Shown: positions 54,901-64,000 of the stretch, one piece after another
How positions within the stretch are numbered: the stretch's first letter is position 1
Layout: every line of letters begins with the position of its first letter
NCBI GenBank assembly: GCA_021613535.1
Contig: CP075493.1
Coordinates: forward strand, 7,192,001-7,256,000
Direction of reading: 5' to 3'
Length of the DNA: 64,000 bases
Source of the DNA: Adineta vaga
Lineage: Eukaryota; Animalia; Rotifera
Made by a program: the position numbers and the translations under genes
Notes under the pieces: model-generated
Databases searched by the model: none
What the model was told of the DNA's origin: nothing
What the model saw: only the letters and a program-made list of their open reading frames with translations

Positions 54901-56058
54901 AAGTATACAACCATTTTGTAAGATATAACGTTTAGCAAGTCCCCATATATTAGGATAATTAAATGATTCTGAATAAGACGAGAATGATGATCGTGATGAT
55001 GTCGTTGTAGCTATTGTTGGACATATTAATGATGAAGAAATAACAATATTTGCAGTAAAATAAACTATAACAGTTGAATTCTTCAATCCTAATCTTTCTA
55101 TAATTTGAAGAAAACTTCCCCATGTTATATTTCCATTATATGTATAACCAATCGATGGTGGTGGGCAACTTCTCATTGAATATTGATATGCGTACATACA
55201 TTTATTTATTTCTTTAATATAAGTAAAATCTGATGGACATATTCCATTCAAATCATAAATAGTCCATATACGTGAATCACTCAATGAACCACATTGAAAT
55301 TTATGTTCACCGACTGAATCATCAAATGTATTATTACAATAATAATTACAAGAATTGTTCGCTAGAATCTTCACATAAACTTCTCGTTTAACACTTGTTT
55401 CTGTTGTCCATGGCATGATACATAAACATTGATCTACACCATTATTAAATGCTAAAAAGAAATCGAAGATCTAATCAAATTATTCGACTATTTTAATCTA
55501 TTATTTCTGTGAGAGAGAAAGATGTTCACCTATTGATTTTGTAGTTGCATTATAATCGAGACAGGCTGCTGCACATCGCTCTAATTTATTTAGCGATGAT
55601 TGCCTTAAAAGATTACCATAACGAATAGTTTTTGTATTATAGATATCATCTATCGTCCACGATTCACATGATGAAAATTGTATTTGATAATTGAGTAGAT
55701 GTCCGTGTCGACTATAAAAATCGTTTTCCATATAAGCTGAATATGTTCGTATTCCACCGCATGTATCTTCTACGGATCGTACTGAATCAATCGATTTTGC
55801 ACATAACATATAACATTTTTTATCATCCTGACGATTATGATGCATGACACCACCTCCTGAACAACGACAAATCGAATTTTGTAGATAAATAATCGGTGTA
55901 TTACATAAACGAAAACATAATAATGGTTCCATAGATGAACTCGTAAAAAAACTATCGTAAAAGACTTGAGTAAAACAACCAACATAATAATATGAACCAT
56001 CTACTGATGGATATGTCGAAAAGATGATTAATAAAGAAATCTTCCACAGAAAAGACAT
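51912..56058 (-). CDS. Type I membrane protein with multiple WSC and C-type lectin domains
   Basis: Signal peptide MSFLWKISLLIIFSTYPSVDG; WSC patterns (YVGCF...C..LC...C.C...C...C...TCGG); CTLD starts CPMKWLDLNGRCY and YCYKISFHEVSWNQAKSECE; TM helix FAPIFFILIILFTFILLGFISILY; cytosolic NPVY. Confidence 0.82.
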
Positions 56059-56700
56059 TGTTTTGATGTTTTGTGAAATTCAATAAACAAATGATTGATG
56101 ATGAAGGAAAGTATTTGAAATGTCAAAGGAAATCGGAGACAGTAAAAAAACAATTATTCGGTTGTGAAAACGATTGATAATAATCATGAGAAAAGTAAAC
56201 TGATCTTTTTTATGTTATTTGAGAGAAAAGACTTTCCTTTTGACAAAAGATAGTGTATTCATATAAAGATTAAAAGAAACCATCGATCAAAGTCAATCTT
56301 CTTCTTCTTTATTTTTGAGAACATTCTTAGAAAAAAAATCAAATGAATTTTTACTTTGCAATTAAAACTTCTAAACTGAAATATTTTGATGGTAGATGTT
56401 TCATTCATCATTGATTTTATACAAATATTGATTTGATAACGAGAGAAATTAAATAGTTCATAATATGAGTAAATTGTCTTTTTTAGTGCGATATAGTTTT
56501 ACTTTCGATAGAGGTCACTAGTATCTTCAATACACTCATTGATTGGTTAACGACATGACTACCTATATTTCTCTTCTTTTAGCTTTATTTAGTTGGTTGT
56601 TTATCATTATCATTATTGTGTTAATATTTTCTACCTTTTTTTCCATTCATTTGAGATAAACAACGTATCTTGTCTTCCAACCATTGAATTATTATTTACA

Positions 56701-59700
56701 ATGAATGGAGAGACATCCGACGGCGATGGCATCGATATCGGTATGATTAAATCATAATTGTGCAATAAATCTTCAATTGTATTGGTTTCTTCAGGTAAAA
56801 AACATAAACTAGGACATTTACGTGTCGATACTCAAGGCAATACAACATTCAAACGTTTGCCAACAAATCAACTTGTCGAAGCACTACAACTTGGTATACA
56901 ATATAGTGTTGGTGGTCTCGAAGCAAGACAAGCACATGATGTACTTTTCCAAGACTTTCTTGCTGTTGAAATCACACATTTTCCCAAGTAAGAAATGATT
57001 TATCTCTTCATTGGAGAAGACCTTCTTCTTTCTTAGAGCTGGACGAACAGCACCAAAAGCAACACCACCCCATCGTTTTAACGATTTCACAATGCGTACA
57101 TATGCACCAGTTGCATTTCGACATTTTCGAGAAAAATTCAATATCAAACCAGCAGATTATTTAGTAATACTTTCCTTATTGAAATGATTTACGATCATTG
57201 AATTCTTTTTTGGTATTCTAGTCTTCGATAAATAGACCATTTCGAGAATTGAAAAATCCCGGCGCAAGTGGAAGTTTATTTTATTTAACAGCAGATGATG
57301 AATTTATCATTAAAACTGTACAAAAAAAAGAAGCAGAATTTCTAAAATCTCTTCTTCCTGGTTATTATTTAGTAAATAGAATAGAATTCATTGATGAAAG
57401 AAATTTCGATTTTGCATCTTTTCTTTTTAGAATATTATTCAAAATCAACGTACACTTTTACCCAAATTTTTCGGTCTTTATTGTTATCAGGTATGTTCGA
57501 GTATATTTTCGTGAAATTTATCACCATGTAAAAAAAATCAATCGAGTGAACTAGTGAAAGCTTAGAGAGTGATATTTCCATTCATCTAGGTCACAGAATT
57601 TTTACCAAGAAATAAGCTTGGAACTGTAAGTGAATTTACATGCGCACAAGAATATCTCTTCCAGCTCATTGATTCACATCTTCGTGTGTTTGTCTGACAA
57701 TAAATTTTAAAAAAAGCATCATTTTAGAAAATTGAAATTTTTAAGCTGTTCTTCTTCTTCTTGTGTGTGGTTTCTTCGAAAAACAAATTTCATACAAAGA
57801 AAGTCTATCGAATGATAAATAACTTCTTCATTTGTCTTAAATTTGGAAGCTTAGGTTGTATTTGTGTGTATACTCTGCTTTGCTCTTATTTTCTTGTTGA
57901 AATAATGATTTGGATTTTGAAATTCTGGATAATTTTATTGTTAAATATTCTTCTAGGGTGAAAATAAAAACATTCGTATTACTGTTATGAACAATTTAAT
58001 TCCGTCACATGTTGCAATGCATGAAAAATATGATCTTAAAGGTTCGACATATAAACGACGAGCAAACAGTGTAGAACGACAAAAAGAATCTCCAACATGG
58101 AAAGATTTAGATTTTATGGAACGTCATCCAAAAGGTTTAATTCTTGATCCAGAGACATTTAATGCTCTAGAAAAAACAGTTGAACGAGATTGTCGTGTAT
58201 GTCTACATTCTATTTCATATATTTATTAGAATCAAATATTATTTAGGTACTAGCAAGTTTTCATATTATGGATTATTCATTTTTGATTGGTGTTCATAAA
58301 ATTGATCAACCTTCTGATTCACCAGGAGTAAGTCAAATTGAAGAATTTCTTAATTTTATTATGTATTGTATCTTGTTAAGGATGGAGCAAGTCCAACTGG
58401 TAAGTCGATTGAAGTTGTTTTATAAGAAAAATGTTATATTGAACTGTTTCTTTTTCTAAAGATCCTTTTTCTCCGAAACCAAAAAGAATGATGTTCTCTA
58501 CGCCAATGGATAATATTCAAGCTCGATTTGATGAAGAAAATAAACCAGACGATCATCTTGTCAGGTATATTTCATACATTTCTTTTGTATTATTATTGAA
58601 ATGATTGGAAAGAATCCCATTGCTTTCGAAAAATAAACGTAATCTTCGGATATTTTATTTTATAAACGAATACTCATGAGTCATACATTATTAGTCTCAT
58701 TCGATGACGATCAAATTAGTTTTATGATGATTCATTATTAATGTAACAAGATAGAATACCTGGTTTTTCTCATTATAACATTTAGTTATATGACGTTATC
58801 TTATTTTCAATAATCATGAAAATATTTTTTGAGTATATTAATGTATTCGAATAGTTTTTCATATGATATTCGTTTCTAATACAAATGATATTATCATCAA
58901 GATACTTGTTGATGAGACAACATACTTCCGAAAAGATAAATTGATAAAGAGAACCGTATCATGAGTTATAGATAAAGAATATTTTTGAGCTGAATCATTG
59001 AAAACAACGAATCGAAATTTCTATTATTTTGTTTGATTTTTATTTTAGAACTGGTGGTATTCCAGCTCGTTCAGCTGATGGACAAAAATTATCTTTATAC
59101 GTTGGTATCATTGATATCTTACAATCGTATCAATTGAGAAAAAAACTTGAACATACACTCAAATCTGTAGTTACGGATGGAGTACGATAGATACATACGA
59201 AATATTTTCATTCACTTTTCTTTTCATTTTTTATTCAGTCTCAAATATCTGTCACAAATCCAACGTATTATTCTGAACGTTTTCAAAAATTTCTTTTTAA
59301 AACTGTATTCATCAAATCGTCACGTATGTATAATCAACTTGATATTTATCTTTAGAATGATGTTATCTCTTTTCTTTCGACTAGAACGACCACCAAAACC
59401 TCTTGATATATCTCAATCAAAATCAACAACATCCAATTCTATAACACCATCAAATGATATGTAAAGATATTTTGCTTTCTTTTTCTCTTCCAAACTGAAA
59501 TCATTCTTTTAGTCCAAAATCAAATCCATTCAAATATGAAGCGAATCAAAATTCTCAATTAAATTATGCAAGTTCAATATCAAGTACAGAGACAACAAAT
59601 AGTCGAATTACATCTTATTATACATCATTACGATCATCTCGGCAAGGTTCAGATCGAAATAATATCGGCAGTTCGACGACACTCTACGCCAGTTCACATC

Positions 59701-60876
59701 AATCTGATTCCTTATATAATGAACCAACAAGAAAAAAGTCAGCAAGAATTCAAACAACATCATTCAATGATCATAATGAAAATACTCGATTGAAATTCTA
59801 TCGAGATTTTGCAGTTCTACCAAATAATCATAATCCAACAAAACGACAAGATTTAGTGCCTGTTGGAGGCGGAGTCGTAGGAAAATTAGCTTCGTCAACG
59901 TCAAATCTGTATCAACGTAAGAATTTCCTTGATATGTTTTACGAAAGTTTTCTCATTCGTGTGAAATATGTCAGTAATAAGAAAGGTTAACCTACTTCAT
60001 TAAATTCCTGTCACGTATATGAATATAATAGACGACAAGCAACTGACTTTGTCTATCAATAACTTAGAGACTGTTTGTTAATGAGATGCGAAATTCATTT
60101 TAATATCGCATGACTTGCATACCAAATGAGTCCATTTTTAGTATCAAGTCTTGTGATTCTAATATGATTGATAACATTGAACTTATTGGAATTTATCGGA
60201 GTATGTGTTATAGGTCGTTGTTGTTTTATTTTTGTTAGAATTTCCCAGAAGGTTCGAAATGAGAATCATTAGGAAAACAATTCCGGGATGATTCAAAAGA
60301 ACATAGATCTTTTTCTAGAAAACGATTGAAGAAGAAATCTTTCACCAATAATGATATTTTATGAACTAAGAACTTGAATTATCTCCCAAATGATTGTTTT
60401 CTTTTCATCTGACATTTGATCTATTGTCATAACTTGCTGAGTTTGGGTAAATTAATATTTGTTTTCTTGTTTTTTTTTAACAATCGTTCTCATCAAATTT
60501 CTGTCGACATTTCAACCTTTCACAGAAAAAAATGCGTTGTAACAGTTGCATAAAACCTTATTAACTTTAATCTAAGCTTATCCATGATATTGTTAGCGAA
60601 GAGAATGAATGAAAAGAACAATCCAATTAAATTTCTACTAGTTAATACGAGAAGAATTGTTATGATTATATTTCCGTTGAATATTAAAAATAATAATTCT
60701 AGACGGCAATACATCTGATTATTCTTTAATATATCGTCAACCAAACCATCAATCATCTGATGAAGTTGTATGTATTAAAATATTCTTTTCAACTACCTAA
60801 TAAATCTTCTTCTTCTTCTTTTTTTTGCTCTTTAGACAAGATTTTAATGTCAACGAAAAGCAAAACATTCCTCTAA
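56701..60876 (+). CDS. PIP5K1: Type I phosphatidylinositol-4-phosphate 5-kinase, paralog 1
   Basis: [72 protein letters not shown] probable last exon at 60836-60876 ends KSKTFL*. Confidence 0.9.
57590..57625 (+). other. Candidate 36-nt in-frame cassette exon in PIP5K paralog 1
   Basis: CTAG|GTC ACA GAA TTT TTA CCA AGA AAT AAG CTT GGA ACT|GTAAGT; phase 0/0 matches the flanking intron. Confidence 0.55.
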
Positions 60877-60942
60877 GACGAAACAGTTTCAGTCGTATCG
60901 ATTGAATTGTTAATGTTTGCATTTGTCATGGCTTTATTCTTC

Positions 60943-60979
60943 TTATTATTATTGTTATTATTATTATTATTATTATTAT
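60943..60979. repeat. (TTA)n microsatellite
   Basis: ttattattattgttattattattattattattattat. Confidence 0.8.
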
Positions 60980-62300
60980 CTCATTAAAGAAAAAGAACAA
61001 AGTGGATTTTTATTTTATTATATTGAAAATTCCGGTGTTTTTCTTTAAATCGATAAACTTCTTATACATATATAGATATATATGCAACAGAATGCTTGTT
61101 TTGTTTTCTTGAAATTTATTCATATTGAACAAGCTTTTTTGTTGCCATTGGTTTTTCTTCTATATAACTGCATTTCTTCTTTTTTAATTGTGCTTGAGCT
61201 TTTGATATAATAACTTTCTTGTTTTTATTTTCGAATAAAATTTTCTCTGAACAAATGTATGCAATAAATTATTTGATTTTCATGTTTATTTTGGGAGACT
61301 TTCAGAAATGAATGAGAAAATTTGGGGAGTATGAATTCATGACAAGACAGGTAGGATAGTTCTTTCAATATTCACATAGAATCATGTGTATTCTATTAAT
61401 TGATAAATGGTTCAGAGATTCATTAGTAATGATATCAGTCATATTTTCGAGAACAAGTTCTAAAATTGAAATGCAGAAAGTATATTAAGACATTCCTTGA
61501 GATGCCTTTTTAAGTGCGTTATTCTTCTGAATGTTAAACATTTAAATACATTTTATGTTTTGGTTTAAGATGCATATCTCCACATACTTCTTTCCTATTA
61601 ATTGAAGAATCGTTATCAAACTTGAATAGTTAAAAAACACACACATACATAATACCCTCGATATTGACGAGCAAAAAATCTCTCTAATCTAGGTAATAAG
61701 GATATGAATATATAATTTTCTTTCTTTCGCCTGTTCTTCTTTGTATATAAAGTGTATATATTTATATCCACCTTTCTAGATGCTCATGCTTTCTTTTTTT
61801 ACCTTGACCTTCAAAATATATTCAATGAATTGTCTTTTTTGTTAAATAAGAAAAGACACGGAATGTAATAGATGTATGCATATGCGTGCATATATGCTTA
61901 TACCACATTCACATTTGATTTGATTGTATATAGATTATATATATATATATATATACTCCCCTACAATGAGTCTTGTTTCATTAAGATCCATTTCTTTTTT
62001 TTTTATATTCTCGAAGAATCAAAGATAGACAGAAAGAGAGAGAGAAAAAAATCCCAGCCGTTCTCTCTTTTTCTCAGATTACTTACTTCTATTAAAGAGA
62101 AGAAACAAAAAAAATATAGGAAGTTTGTCGATTAGCACAATAATCTAGCTGTCATGAATACGATACAGTTAGAAGTATTCAGAATAAATGTTATCTATTT
62201 TATAGCAAGAAACAAAAAAGTTACATAGAGATATGTATCTTTCAAGATATTATTTATTATAGATTATTTCTTATTTCATGTCATTTTTACATGGTACATA

Positions 62301-64000
62301 ATGACAGCTAGTGAACATCTACCATCGGATTTCTTATGTAATCAAACGTCTTCAGCAGCCTCATGTCTATCATCAAATGTTGGTTCAATAACAGATTTTC
62401 TTTTCAATTCAACACATTCCATCGAAGATATTAATGAAGAAACAATTGAAAATAGTAAATTCGAAGATATATCTGTAAGAAATTTAAAAGCAACCTTCTT
62501 TTTTTGATGATGAATTTTTCCTTTTTTTTTTCAAAAGGCTTGTGAAAATGAACAACCGAGTGAATTGAATATATCGGGTAATAAAGAAAAATTAGGTCAT
62601 CGTCGTGTTGATGAAACGGGCAATGTTACCTATAAACGTGTTATGGTTGACGATTTGATGAAATCATTACAAACAGGCTTGAATTGTATTCTTGGTAAAC
62701 AGCATCAACCTCAACGACAAGTACTTTTTCAAGATTTTCAACAAATAGAATATCAAGATTTTCCACCGTAATTATTAGTTCATTCATTTTTCTTTGAGAA
62801 AAAGATCAATTTAATTAATGAGAACAGATTTGAGATCAAAATATACTTAGTTCGACTCTGTTTTCTTTCTGATGACGTCGATGTCGAGATATTTTAGACA
62901 TGTCTCGATCTCCAATGACATTAATAGATCAGAGTAGATGTTTAATTGTGCACAATAACCATCTGTCATTCTTCAGCTGCTAGGATATGTAATATACGTT
63001 GTCAATAATGTCCTAGTGTTCGATTACCATGATTAAATATTGATTTGAAAAGAAAACAAACTTTTTTAAAGAAAAATCAACAGTTTAAATCGAACTATTC
63101 CTTTGAAGGTCTTAATGTTTCATCTTTATTTAGTTGTCTAGATTAGAAACAGTAGAATTTCATTGGTTTTTTCGAATAAGGAAATTTGAATCGAATGATT
63201 ATGTCATGTGAAACGAAGAAAATCTAAAAGAATCTATTATTACCGTTAAGATCTGAAAGGAAATGTAGAAGAACGATCACAATTCACTTGACTTGACTTG
63301 ACTTGAACTTTGCTATTTCCTATTGAATTGATGAATGACATTGTCTAGCGAGGAAAATGTACAGGACATGACATTCTGTTCGTATGTATCCGGAAAATTA
63401 TATTCAACTTTTCAATTTCCCTTCAGAACTCTACTGATATATACAAGTATTTGTTATTATAGAGAAGGATCAAAATCAACACCGAAACATTCATATGCAG
63501 AATTTCGTTTGAAAACTTATGCACAAATTGCTTTTCGCTTTTTTCGTGAAGCATTCGGTGTTGATCCATCATCATTTATAGTAAGTTAGAAAACGAAATA
63601 GTTCTATTCAGTATCATTTGTTGTATGTCTAGTTATCGCTTTGTGCTAAAGATCTACGTGAATTACCAAATCCAGGTGCGAGTGGTTCGATATTTTATCT
63701 GACTGCTGATGATTCTTATATTATAAAAACAGTATCGAAAAAAGAAGCACGATTTTTATTAAGTCTTTTACCAGGTTATTATATGAATTTAACACAAAAT
63801 CCTTTTACACTTCTACCAAAATTTTTTGGTTTATTTTGTTATCAAAGTGCAAATAAAAATATTCGTTTTGTCATTATGAATAATTTAATTCCAACAAATG
63901 TTCAACTACATGAAAAATATGATTTAAAAGGTTCAATCTATAAACGTAAAGCATCCGAAGAAGAACATAAACGTGATTTACCAACATTGAAAGATAATGA
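62301..64000 (+). CDS. PIP5K1: Type I PIP5 kinase, paralog 2 (runs off the window end)
   Basis: [55 protein letters not shown]. Confidence 0.9.

Noticed and set aside
63285-63308. (ACTTG)4 short tandem repeat
   Set aside because: Ordinary intronic microsatellite; no spacers, so not CRISPR-like.

Overview
AT-rich, gene-dense eukaryotic genomic DNA with many ~45-70 nt GT-AG introns. Gene content and intron size point to a bdelloid rotifer (Adineta/Rotaria-like); this is an inference. About 20 protein genes are present. Conserved metazoan genes: PCYT2, PSMD6/RPN7, PCCB, a PKA RI subunit, LUC7L3, a fatty acyl-CoA reductase, TBL1X/ebi, two tandem SRSF7/9G8-like SR genes and two tandem type I PIP5K genes. 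Lineage-specific or unusual genes: an F-box protein, a calmodulin-like EF-hand protein, two tandem receiver(CheY)-like + TPR proteins, a divergent AAG/MPG-fold DNA glycosylase-like gene of probably non-metazoan origin, a large disordered protein with a 4x repeated DPIxxRALxRF helix, and a WSC/C-type-lectin membrane receptor. Highlights: two candidate poison exons flanking the zinc-knuckle exon of one SR paralog, four perfect CRE sites upstream of the EF-hand gene, a ~400 bp TIR element, a 36-nt PIP5K cassette exon, and several single-lesion ORF disruptions that may be assembly errors or a decaying haplotype. Exon boundaries were read by eye and may be off by a few bases.
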